From positions 11,532,001 through 11,596,000 of the forward strand of contig NC_135258.1 of NCBI RefSeq assembly GCF_964204865.1: a DNA stretch of 64,000 nucleotides, given 5' to 3'. Of the stretch, positions 52,503 through 64,000 are shown piece after piece (positions within the stretch are counted from its first letter, which is position 1; each line of letters opens with the position of its first letter). Below the pieces are notes generated by a model. The model was not told the origin of the DNA. It saw only the letters and a program-made list of their open reading frames with translations, and did no database searches. Origin of the DNA: Styela clava. Its lineage: Eukaryota. Both the position numbers and the translations under genes were made by a program.

Positions 52503-55500
52503 ATGAAAATTAAACCTGAAGCAAAACCAGAAAAGGAATGAATACATGAGCTTTAAAATTATTGGGTCGGATTCACAAACACTCAATTTTAATATTCAAT
52601 TTTGATTCATAAGTTTACTATGAAAATCACTTTTCTAATTAAATACGTCCGTTTTCAGATTGTGAATTTGGTATAGAGTGTGATTTCGTAAAAAAAAGCA
52701 ATGAACATGAACCTTCAGCGGGCTCAAACACAGTAGATTAGATTGTTTTTAATTTATATATATGTTGAATATTCCTTCTATTGAAAAAAGTATGCAATTT
52801 TATATAATTTGTATTTAAAAATATTTGCATTCGAATATGGTTTTTGTGTTTGATCTCGAGGTCTTCGCAATCTTAGTTTCACGCGAGCTCCAATACAGAA
52901 ATATTTCAACTGCTATCGCCATCGAAAAATGATTTATAAGATTCATTTGCTGCTTTGTTATAGATCCATACCATGTAATGAGGTGTAGTACATGGTGCCT
53001 GATTGAAGCGTGTCAGAATGTTAAAAATAGGCAAAAATAATTTTTACATGTATTATTTCTATTTCACAATTACCTCAATTGTTGGGAGGATTTGCTTTTT
53101 ATGACATAGTGATTTTATCCATGCTATTATAATTTATGTATCGGTTTTGGCAAAATAACCAGAGAAAGAAAACTATTGGATACTATATAACTAAGCTATC
53201 AGATCACCAGATAGATTACTCAAGGCGAAAGTACCCCAACAGTGGAAAATAGTTTGGGTGATTTTGAAAGTGACCCAACCATCCACGTGCACAAAATGGT
53301 TAATTGCTGTATGAGCAGTGATATGGAATACAAGACAAAGAAAACCTGTTATCTGGAATCAAATAGAACTGAGTTGAATGAATATCAAATGTATGCCCAT
53401 ATTTTAATTAGGGTCTTATGTTCGTCTTGATCAAGTTATGGGGAGTTTTCATAAATATCTTCGTAGAAGATTAAGATATTCAACCGCTTACAAACTGTCA
53501 GTATGCCATTCGTATTCATACCATTGAGGTGTATATAACCTCAATGATTTATACAGTGCCCGTAGTTTATTAAGAGTGGGAGTTGCCAGAAAAGGGTAAT
53601 TGATTGCTGAAGACGAACATATCAGTTGTACTGCTGAGGTAATGCAACTAGTCATTACAATTAGCACTGAGTTTTCTTTAATACTTTTTCGTTCCAGTAG
53701 TTATTTCATTACTAGGTATCTGTTAAAAACGAATATCGGAGCGAATTGGTATGTGTAGTATTCGGTCCAAAGCCAGTGTAATTTGCTGAAAATCTTTATG
53801 GTGGTTGCGCCATTTTATCAAAAATATATTTTAAATATTCCTAACCAACACACCTTCCTGACTAACTGTTTAAAGACAAGGGTAATTACACACATAAAAA
53901 AACAAAAAAATTGTGCTCGGACGTCATGCATTAGTACCGGTACGGTAGGCCTTAAGGGCACCGAGTTTGCTGATAAGATCGGACAAACAATATCGAGGCG
54001 ATCGAACAATACCGAATAAAATGTGTTCCCACTTAATTAAAGTAGAACGGCAAAATTTTTGGAGATCTATCAGATAGCCTTTTAGTAAAAATTAAAATTG
54101 ATTGGCCCATTAGTTGCGAAAAAAAGTGATTTTTCCCAAACAACGAGCGAGAGAGTTCACTTAAAACATCGGCGGACAACTAATATGGGGTTGGTCAAGC
54201 GTGGCGTGTTATAAAAATGTTAAGGGTGAAATGAGAGAGAAAAGAAAATTTTTATTTAAAATATCATGCCCCATACTTGGCCTATTTAATATACCTAGAA
54301 TGAGTTTCGGAATTAGGTTTAAACACAAGACTTTTATTCTTCTGCGACACGAGCACAGTAAACTTCAGTGCTATCCACTATAGGCTCTTGTACCCTCTGT
54401 GAGTTGGACATTAAAACGGATAAACACCGCAGAAGATTTGTATGTTTACGTGACTTCGACATATAAACTAATTCCGAGCGAAGTTCAAATATATTTTCTC
54501 ATAATTCTTCATTACGAAATAAATTTTGTAGTAATTAGTTAATAATTAACAGATTTCCAGAATTTTATTGTATTATCCGCAGGCATACAAATATTACATA
54601 TTTCAAATTCAAGTTGAGAAATATAGCGAAGTACTGTACTGTACTTATTCATATTAATTTGAAAAATGATGCTTTTTCATCAACGCTACATAGGCAGACT
54701 GTTCTCCCATTATACATTGTTTTATCATTGTAGACTCTACAATATATACAATGTAGAGGAAGTGTAAGCATGGATCGTTTTGCAATCGGAGCTAATTTTT
54801 TGTCTAAAACTGATGGGCAAAGGGATTGATTTTGATTTTTCGATATACGAAGATGGCTGAAGTAGCTATAGACCAGTATAGTGCTATTACTTTTTTTCTT
54901 TAAATATAGTCAAATGTGACGCGATATTACACCCAAAATTTAGCTGTTTCATTTATTTGTAGTCGTGGTGACAATTTGACATGACGCATGTAACCTTTAT
55001 TTCGTGTTCAGCATAATGTCTTCCGCTTTATGGCTTAGAGAGATGAATGCAGAACCGGCTAAAGAGTTTGCACTTGAAATTATATAATGACACATCCTCT
55101 TTACTTCAGTTTAACCACACTTGGAGCGTTTAAAATGCTTGTGTCCATAGTTATTTAGCAGCTTACACAGTGCTCAATGGCCACGCGTCCAGCATTCCTT
55201 GCGAATCAGTCACGTATATTTCCATACCATCCGGGTTCATAAGTTATGATATCGAGTATTGTAACAAACTGTAAAACCATAAAACGGTCCTCAAAAGGGT
55301 TAAATATTGAACGAATTACCAGAATCTGGAAACACAGACATAGCAAACAAGAATATCAAATATTGACATGAGCACTGAGTAATGCTGAATAATAATGTTA
55401 CAGCAGGTGATGTGCAGCTGAAACCTGAGAGAGCTATTGTTAAAAGTTAAATTAGATACACGATTAGGAAGCGATAGAAAGGAATAAGTACTATACTTTT

Positions 55501-57164
55501 CTTTATATGCGTGGTGATCTTGTTGCCTTAAATATCCGCTGCAGAAAATGTGTTGCCATACCACGGTAAAATGGTTGATAGCAACTACGTTAACATTTCC
55601 AGGAATAACTTCAGACCGTCGTCTACGACTACGTTATAAGTGAACAAAAATTTTGCAACGAAACTACAGTATAAAGAATATAGATTACCGTTTCGGATAC
55701 ACTGCGTCGGTACAACTGTAGCTTCACTTCAACCGTCATATGTCACGTACCCAGGTGCTGTCTATGTATAACGTAATTATTGTTTTTAAACAAATACTTG
55801 CCAAACATTGTTCCAGATTTCGGAATTCCCGAAGGTTATGCGTTTAATATTTTATAATTAGGTCAGTCTTGTTATGGTCGATTGCTCGCGGTCATAGTCC
55901 AATCGGGACGTTGCAGTAATGAAACGCAAATTAATTCACTGTGTATGCCAGGCCAATGAGTCATGAGTATATGAGCAGAGTATGTATTTATGAGGTGATT
56001 GTAGTGTAGATACTCACTTTTCCATCTTTCTTGCATACTGCGTATATATTTCCGTAAGCGGTGGTTGTTGCAATATTTCTTATTTTTGCCTTCAATCAGA
56101 TGAACCGTGTTGATATGGGCATATAAAACTATTTTAGTCGTATTTACAATCATTTGTACACGGTCATCAGTCAGTATTAGGTAGGCAGCAATCAGTGCGT
56201 ATTTATTACCATCAGCCAAGGTATGCTGAAGTCTAGGGGCTTCCAACTTTAAGGGGCTTGTCAATCATTTTTTCAACTATTAACTTGTTATTTATTAAAT
56301 TCCAAATTGTTGCAGAAGCCTCCAATGCTTGTTACAGAATAAAACCTTTTTGAAATTTTATAAGACTGATATTTGTTTAATTTTCAATCAGGTTAATATT
56401 TCTTGTCCTAATTATTTAATGTTTAAACAGTTAAAAAATTGAATAGGTCGAATAAATGGAGTTATTAAATTTAGGAAAACTCCTATTTCTTTCGCATTAA
56501 AGATAAAATATGCTAGTTCAAGTTACTTTAACAGTTTTTAGAGTAATAATGCTGTTATTTTTGGAAAAAGTTAAGAAAATATCGATATATAGCTGTACCA
56601 ACTTATTTAATTAAGCCACTACGAATCTAGTATGTTTTTTGGTATTTCGGATGTTTTTTATTATAGCCTCGTTTATTCCCAAAAACGGGATGATAATTCA
56701 TATATCAGTAATGTTTCATTTATCAGTAATTGGGAATGGCCCGACAACCTCTCGCGACTAAAAACAGGTATAATGACTCCGGGTTCCATTACAGCCCTGA
56801 GTTTCTGGAAGTTTTTTTAAATTGAACTTACTATCGAAACTGCTTAGGGGATTAGCGTACGTATTTCGCCTGTAAATAAACTTTCGAATTTCACGCAATT
56901 TGAAAATTTATTTAGGACTTCATAATACATTTCACAAGAGCCCCAGTGCATAGTATGACATCACCATAAATTATTTGTGCCTTCTTTGATGATGGGGGCC
57001 CTCCCATCGTCTAAATTCGACCACGCCAGCATTCCTAGCATTCTGGAATCCCTGTCGAAACTCAAACTTGGCACACACTTGTTGTGACGTATTTGGTATG
57101 CCAATGAGAATGGCCATTCAATTAAAATACAAGAGAGCTACACACAAATATATATAGACACGTT

Positions 57165-57640
57165 AGACCAGAGCGAATCAGTCCTAACCGGTACCTTTGA
57201 CGCTACCGGTACCCTCAAAAAAGTTCTGAATTTTCAGTAGCAAGAATTTTGCAGAATCAAAACGTACAGCCAGTCATGACACTGACTAAAATCCGTGTTC
57301 CCATGGATAAAAAATAATAAACTGCAAAATTTTAGACGAAATATCAAATTTCATAGAATTCACGCAAAATTTTGAAATAAATAAAAGTAATAGCCTTCTA
57401 GCGAAGACATTAATCTTTAACCACTGAATATTTCAAAGCAATTGGTCCAGTATTTGAAGAGAGAAGCGATTTTTTAAAAACGTGTCAAAGAACAAGAACA
57501 ACAACAACAACAACAACAACATAATATTGAAACGATCGTTATGGCCCTAAACGTGTCCAATAACAACAAAATATTGAAACGATCGTTATGGCCCCTAAAC
57601 GTGTCCAATAAACGTGCCCAATAAACGTGTCCAATAAATA
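57165..57640 (+). mobile_element. Probable Helentron/HINE-like element with (AAC)n microsatellite and tandemly repeated 3' end
   Basis: (caa)n run at ~57490-57520; aatattgaaacgatcgttatggcc(c)taaacgtgtccaataa occurs twice, followed by two more aacgtg(t/c)ccaata units. Confidence 0.4.
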
Positions 57641-57841
57641 CAAAACGTTGTAGTTGCTCTAAAAGGCCCCTCCTACGAAAAAAAATTATCAAACAACATA
57701 TGAAAGATAAAGCATAGTTCGGTGTTTGAATTAACAATTATCATTTTTGTCTTTGAATTTATTCCTTTTAGAATCGAACACACATTTAGAATTATATTTA
57801 CTGTAAGTAGGCCATTATATATATAATTTAAAAAATACAGA

Positions 57842-60476
57842 ATGGTTCGTTCAGCAGTTCGAGGATGGGTAAAAAGTGCTGTAAAGCTTACTAACAAAAC
57901 TGTTCTAATAACTGGGGCAAATTCGGGACTTGGATACGAAACTGCTCTCGATCTGGCCAAACGGGAGGCGCGAATTATTATAGCATGCAGAGATGCGAAT
58001 AAGGCAAATGCTGCAAAGTCTGAGGTGAGTTAAATATGAATTACTTAAAATTAAATACGAATTTACGGTTATACGATGAAAGGCTATTTAAAAATTATGC
58101 CTGGATAATAAACTTTTGTAACGCTGGCCTATTCCGCATGTATATTTAGATTGAAATCGCAACGGGGTCACAGAAGATTATCACCAAGAGTCTTGATCTT
58201 GCTTCTTTTGACTCAATTCGAACATTTGCGAAAGATATAAATCAAACCGAGACTAGATTAGACATCTTGGTAAACAATGCGGGTGAGTGATATTGAAACG
58301 AGTATTTCCAATTTCTTTTCGTGTATTGTTCTTTCGCTTCTATCTTTTCTACATTCTCCACGCTTTCACCTTCTTTTTTCTCCTTCTTATCATCAATTCG
58401 CTATATCGTCACGCTAATAACCGAATTGCGTAAGTCATTTTTAGCAGTTTTGAGAAAAACGTAAATGCAATGCACCCAATATAAAAGCCAACCAATGTGA
58501 ATTGGACTCGGACAGTGAATATCACAAGTGCACGTCTTCCTATACTGTAGTATAGATTCAAATTAATACGCGCTAAGCTAGAATCCGCGATGCAAAAACT
58601 CGAAAATATTTCGCAGAGATTATTTTGCCTTTGTGACGTCACAATAGTCCCGCGGTAATATTGATAATTCATTATGACGAAACAATTGCGCAAATGTGCA
58701 TGTCATACTAAATCTCCATTTTTATGGGTTTCGGAATTCTTAAAATAAAATCTGAGTTAACCGACAGGTGCGCAGCATTACATAAATACCTATTTTATAA
58801 AAAAAAAACTCAAAATCGCCAAAAATGACTTACGCAATTCGGTTATTAGCGTGACGATATATTTCTTCCACTAATTATTTATTTGATTTCAAATATTTTG
58901 CTAGGAGTGATGAAACTCCCCCAAGGGATGACATCTGATGGATTTGAAATGCACTTTGGAGTTAATCATCTCGGACCATTTCTTCTGACAAATTTATTAT
59001 TAGATTTAATAACGGTGAGTTAGTTTTATTAATTTTGTGAGGCTAAGGTGCTTACGTGCTTTTGTTGTAAGAAATAAGCACAAATATTTAGAAAAACATC
59101 AGATCCGAGTACGATAAGATAATACGATGACGCACATAGTAGGTGGATATTTAATTTCTTGCTTTTTTACTGTTTCTGCGACAGAAAAACGGGAATGGCA
59201 GAATCGTAAATCTGTCTTCAATAGCACACTTGCTTGGAGTTTTGCATTGGAATGACTTAAATTGGAGAAACAAAGAATATTCACCCATGGGAGCATACAA
59301 TGCAAGCAAACTGATGAACGTTTTATTTACAAAGGAACTCAGTCGGCGAGTGCAAGGTGTATATGATATTGCTTAACTTAAACATACGCATGGTATTATA
59401 TTTGAGTCGAAACAACAATGTTTTTGCGTTCAGTGGAAAGTCTTAATTGCTTCTACATAAAATAAAAATGAAATATTTTATTATCTGAACATCTGTTCGT
59501 GTACGATTATAAGCAGTTGTTGTTTTAGTAATCTAGGACGGTTTGATAAAAAATTGTGTTCTCTATAGTCTATATGTTCCAAGTGACCTGGTCACTCTGT
59601 GCCTTTCTTCGAAAACTTTAACACAAAAAAGAAATTTGAATAAGATAATTTATTGAATAAAGCCCATAACTGCATGTTTCGATTAGCCTTGGCGAAGCCA
59701 ATGCATCATAGAATGAACTTATTACGCTCGAACTTCAGGTACTGGCGTCACTGTTAACGCCGTTCACCCCGGTGTCGTGCGGACAAATCTTAATAGGACA
59801 GGTGGACAAGACAAGAGTGTGTATGGAAGATTGACAGATTTTGTATTTAATCAACAACTATTCACCAGAGATCAAAAACACGGAGCCCAAACGTCAATTT
59901 ATTGTGCCATAGCTCCAGAACTAGACGGGATAACAGGAAAGTATTTCAGGTAAAAAGTATAAAACAAATAGTCTTGTATGTATTTATATAAAAAATGCAA
60001 ACTTGCTACACTGTACTATTGTACGTGTTTGACGTAATCTGAATATAATTATTTTTTATCAAGCCATAAAGTATGATGGGAAGTACCGCCAAATAATTTA
60101 TTAAATAGCCATACCCCTAAAAAGGAATTTGTTTTCATTGCTGCATCTCACAAAGCAAACATTTTTATGAGCTAGCAAGAAGACTGTTGGACACCTTACC
60201 GCCGTGGGGTGTTCACGTAGTCGCTATTCCATGCATCTGAAACAAATAGCTATCACGACAATTGGCCGAGAGATCTCGATTAGCCATATGATCGAGTCGA
60301 CTTATCTTCCACAATATAAATATGAAAATTCTAATTTTAGCGACTGTCGGAGGATGTTTACAAAATGGCCAACAACCGGGAAGAAAAATTGCGAAAGATT
60401 ATGGGAATTAAGTGAAGAATTGACTGAACTGAAAACGAAGCAAACATCAAATACAAGAACTGCGACAAACTCATAA
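57842..60476 (+). CDS. Retinol dehydrogenase-like SDR, copy 4 (most divergent)
   Basis: Exons 57842-58024 (TGANSGLG), 58150-58282 (LVNNAG), 58905-59014, 59185-59356 (RIVNLSS, YNASK), 59739-59949 ([15 protein letters not shown]) and 60341-60476 ([12 protein letters not shown]). Confidence 0.9.
58404..58859. mobile_element. Internally deleted copy of the TA-targeting TIR element, in intron 2 of RDH copy 4
   Basis: Same TIRs and body as 39129-39961, lacking ~380 bp internally; TA on both flanks. Confidence 0.85.
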
Positions 60477-61206
60477 CTTGTTATTTTCAAAGCTGTTTAG
60501 ATCAATTAATTTTAATCAATACGATTTATACTATTCTTGAACAAGTAAGCTTGCGCTGAAACCAGCGACATTGGTCGCTTATATAATTCAACCCTCTTAT
60601 GGAATTCCCTGGTAATGAAATCTTAGACTTATTATGTCGTGGAATGACTCTATTTCGCGCATATGAAAACAGATATCTTTGCGTTCATGTAGCCTTGCAA
60701 GAGAAGATCGATTACTCCAAGCGAATCCTATGAAGAATAAATATCACCACTCACATGTGTAGATCTTAGGCCATGAGTTGTGACGCCGTTGCTATGGCAC
60801 CTCTGATTACACCGCATCAGTTAGAATCTTGTGTGTGACAATTGAATTGCTGGCTAACGCTATCTCCGTCATACAAGCCCACGAATATTAACATTAACTT
60901 GTTGCCCATAGGTCGTTCATGTTCATTAGATTAAGCCATGTAACCTAGGACTTCTTAACCTCTCTTGCAATTGTTAGTAATGCATATTAAACCCATGTAA
61001 CAACAATATTTAGTAGGTTTAATTCAGGTAAGGAATGATTATAATTGAACAAAAACAATATAATTTGAATTATATAAATGTATAAGTATAAACGATAATT
61101 TAAAAATGGTTCAAAAAAAGAGTAAGTCAGGTACCAGATAGAAAGATAACTCCACCAGCAGTACTGGGAGAGCAATGCTTGATGATTGATTGAGACAAGG
61201 AAAATA

Positions 61207-61419
61207 TGAGAGCCAGAAGTATATGTATCAATATGGAGGTAACTAATTTTGTTTGCCTATTTTACATCAAGTTGTGTAAAGGGACTGAAACCTATGGGCA
61301 GGAGGATATTCACTTGGCTAACACAGACAGTTCCTGAACTCGTATTAGAACTAAAATAAGGATAATCGGAATAAAATTATGACCTGACCCTAACCTGGTA
61401 CACACACTACGGGAGTACC
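61207..61419. mobile_element. Merlin-like MITE (~200-bp family), degenerate left end
   Basis: Aligns with 61697-61898; right TIR cctggtacacacactacgggagtacc. Confidence 0.75.
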
Positions 61420-61696
61420 CAATATTCTGGTATATGAAACTATTAAACTGGTCACAGATCGTGCTTAACCAAAATCTCGGAACTTAGAAGACAAAATAGC
61501 TTTGAACATAATTTCTAGGAATATTGATGTAATATATATATATATATCTATTTAAAAATTGCTACAAAACCGCTGCATATTCTGTAAATAAATTTTTATC
61601 ACAATTACAATTAAAAAAACTGCATCATAAATTCTGAACATCCAATTGTTGCCTGTAAAAAGGTTTTAATGTTTAAAATGTGTCAGGTGTTAAAAT

Positions 61697-61898
61697 GGTG
61701 CTCCAGAAGTACGTGTACCAATATAGAGGTAACTAAGTTTGTTCGCCTACTTTACATCAAGTTGTGTAAAGAGACTGAAGCCTATGGGCAGGGGGTTTAT
61801 TCACTTGGCGAACACAGACAGTCCCCGAACTAAAATAAGGAAAATCGGAATAAAATTATGGCTTAACCCTAACCTGGTACACATACTACAAAAGTACC
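61697..61898. mobile_element. Merlin-like MITE, 202 bp
   Basis: TIRs ggtgctccagaagtacgtgtacca / tggtacacatactacaaaagtacc; perfect 8-bp TSD gttaaaat; GG...CC termini. Confidence 0.8.
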
Positions 61899-61931
61899 GT
61901 TAAAATATCTCGAACAACTCTCAAAATCATT

Positions 61932-64000
61932 TCAAAGTATGTTTGATGAGAATAAATGTCCATAATTAGACAATATCTCATCAATGATATGTTTATCAAA
62001 TTCCAGAGCTTGTCTTTCTTCTAAACTCTCAGGTTGTTCTTCGTCTTTAATTCGATGTAAACTTGAACCAATATCAACAGATCTATGTCTAGATTCTGAA
62101 TAGTTTGAGTTTGATAGAATTCCAAGAAGTAGATCAAGGTATTCTTTTCTCAGCTGAACAAAATAAAAAGAACAAAATTGATTCGAGAATATATTCAAAA
62201 ATATGTAATGAGATATACAAATTCTGAACACAAAATCACAGAAGTTGTGATAGTGGTTAAACGCAGGACTTAATTACATTGGTATCACAGTTTAAAAATC
62301 TCGGGTCCAATCCCATAATCACCAGCGCACCCTGGGTGCAATAAATTGGGTCAGGAATGTCGAACTTGAAAGACTGGCTGCTAGTACAAAGCCTTGTTTA
62401 AAGTGAAAGGCATAAAAACGTTGAATACAAAAATAAGAACAAATTGGAAGATATTTCAAATAAGTGCCAGTATCATCGCAATGATTTAGTTTAATCATGA
62501 AAGATGTCATTAAAAAGGCTAGTAATTGGAAAATATAGTCATCAGTGTCACAAGCTTTCTATGGCATGAAATCATAATTAGCTGAAAGGGTTATTTTGAG
62601 AAAATTGGAAAGCGTATTGTTTTTTAAACTTCCGTAACTTTTTATTGGAATACTTTGGTGAATATCGATTCAAACTATGATAAGATATTAGCTGAAAGTG
62701 CACTCTTTTTTTCGAAATTTAAACAATTCCTTTTACTTGGAACCCTTTAGTGCCATTAATGTATTAGAGTACACGATTATGAAATATTAATAATATCGAA
62801 ACCAATTTTCTTTACACTTATTTTCAATATACATACCTTGCTACCGCTAGAAAGATCTGCAAGATTTCTTGTGATAATATCCAGTAAAACATTCATATCA
62901 TTAGTGTATAGAAAAGTGGCAGAATCTCTTTGTGAAAATATATCTTGTAAAAATTTTAACACTGATGGTGGAGGACGTTCAGTTTCATTGTTTTCCCAAT
63001 GTTCTTCAAGTAGCACAGGATCATCTTAATACCAAAAACGAACAAAGAGCTACCGAATTATCATTCATATTAATGCTTGAACTTTTAACGAGGAATGAAT
63101 TTGGCAATTTATGAAATAATGATATACATTGGAAATGATGACATATAATGAATTGTACTTGAGGTAACATACTTTATAACTTCACTATACGAGACTTGCT
63201 TTTTCTGACAATATGTTGACACAATTTGTCAGTTGTCACACACATTTTTTGTTATACTACACAAGAACAAATCTAGTTGGGAATAGCTGGGTATAATATC
63301 CAAAACAGAACTTTCCACCAAAGCCTTACATTAACCAAGCTAGTTCTGTATTCTATAATGCAGTGGTTCCCAAAGTTGATTGACTGCGGGCCAAAATTAG
63401 GAGCGAAATGATATTTCCGGGCCTGGAGAGTGGGGTGCCCGCTAGAGCCTAGAGGGCGTTAACATTAGCGGTACGTATAGTAAGATACCGGTATAATAGA
63501 ATCGTTATGAATATACACGTGTGTAAACTGTGATAATGACACAACGACTGGCGGCATTCAGAACACAAAAAGAAAAAAACATGAAGTGTTAAACTGTTTA
63601 CTCAAGTTTGACAGGCCATGTTAAATCTTTACGTTGGCCTTGATTGGCCCGCGGGCCACATTTTGGGAACCACTGCTATAATGAAATCAATCTATAATAC
63701 CAATTAGCTAGTATTTTAATCAATCCACATTGATTAATTGACCAAAGTGAAGATTGGACTTTGAACTTTTAAAAAACTACTCCATAATTAGGTATTCTAA
63801 TTAATAAATTGATTAATATTAACAATCTAATTTACTTATTAGTTAAATGTAATTAGGATATAGATTTAGTTATCTTAATTTAGAAATGAGGAATTAAACT
63901 AAATTAATAGCAGACAGTTACCTAGTCTGCATACAAGCATTCAGCTTGAAAACAAAAAACAGATAAGAATGGGCTATACCTCCTCTATTGACTAATATCA
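61932..64000 (-). CDS. NCKIPSD: NCK-interacting protein with SH3 domain (SPIN90/DIP/WISH), last three exons (5' part beyond the window)
   Basis: Exons 63980-64000 (ILVNRG), 62837-63024 (DDPV..PPSVLKFLQDIF..YTNDMNVLLDIITRNLADLS) and 61932-62153 (LRKEYL..RHR..) match the SPIN90 C-terminal domain; splice phases are consistent. Confidence 0.88.
62245..62420 (+). mobile_element. Degenerate tRNA-derived SINE (second family)
   Basis: A-box-like tagtggttaa and B-box-like cgggtccaatccc followed by a non-tRNA body, inside an NCKIPSD intron. Confidence 0.4.
63361..63675. mobile_element. hAT MITE, 315 bp
   Basis: Perfect TIRs cagtggttcccaaa / tttgggaaccactg; perfect 8-bp TSD ctataatg; gcgggcc subterminal motifs. 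Confidence 0.9.

Larger units (their letters stand above)
36330..53750 (+). repeat. Tandem segmental duplication: unit A ~36330-45900 (RDH copy 2), unit B ~46010-53750 (RDH copy 3)
   Basis: Upstream regions (~36330-38640 vs ~46010-49260), introns and downstream regions (~43900-45900 vs ~52500-53750) are colinear and alignable by eye, differing mainly by transposon insertions. Boundaries are approximate. Confidence 0.8.

Noticed and set aside
53750-57100. Short ORFs in the intergenic region, and most other 60-130 aa ORFs in the track
   Set aside because: No recognisable domains or consistent splice chains; many are antisense to real exons or lie inside repeats.
57530-57640. CRISPR-like short direct repeats
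   Set aside because: Eukaryotic context, no unique spacers and no cas genes; these are tandem copies of an element end.
59092-59130. Alternative acceptor for exon 4 of RDH copy 4
   Set aside because: It leads to an in-frame TGA; the acceptor before 59185 gives the homologous reading.

Overview
This is AT-rich, intron-containing animal genomic DNA, not prokaryotic. Gene density, short introns and the repeat landscape suggest an invertebrate chordate such as an ascidian, but that is inference. From left to right it holds: (1) the 3' part of a multi-exon SZT2 (KICSTOR) gene (+, to 17260); (2) a compact housekeeping block of intronless HSPE1 (-) head-to-head with 7-exon PSMD6 (+, GC-AG first intron), then intronless RWDD3 (-), ARL1 (-) and a frameshifted intronless SNRPG copy (+); (3) a tandem array of four 6-exon RDH11/12/13/14-like short-chain dehydrogenases (+, 33.4-60.5 kb), with copies 2 and 3 from a recent ~8-10 kb duplication; (4) the last three exons of NCKIPSD/SPIN90 (-). 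Introns and intergenic DNA carry many non-autonomous transposons: Buster-type hAT elements plus a transposase remnant, Merlin-like MITEs, Tc1/pogo-like elements, Helentron-type elements and tRNA-derived SINEs. The most notable observations are an in-frame 27-nt chimeric microexon created by duplication of a whole intron in RDH copy 1, ARE (Nrf2/Maf) motifs and a Cys-rich hydrophobic loop in RDH copies 1-3, an HSE in the HSPE1/PSMD6 divergent interval, and a candidate ARL1-RWDD3 trans-spliced operon. No wholly new biological system can be demonstrated from sequence alone. All family assignments are by recognition, without database searches.
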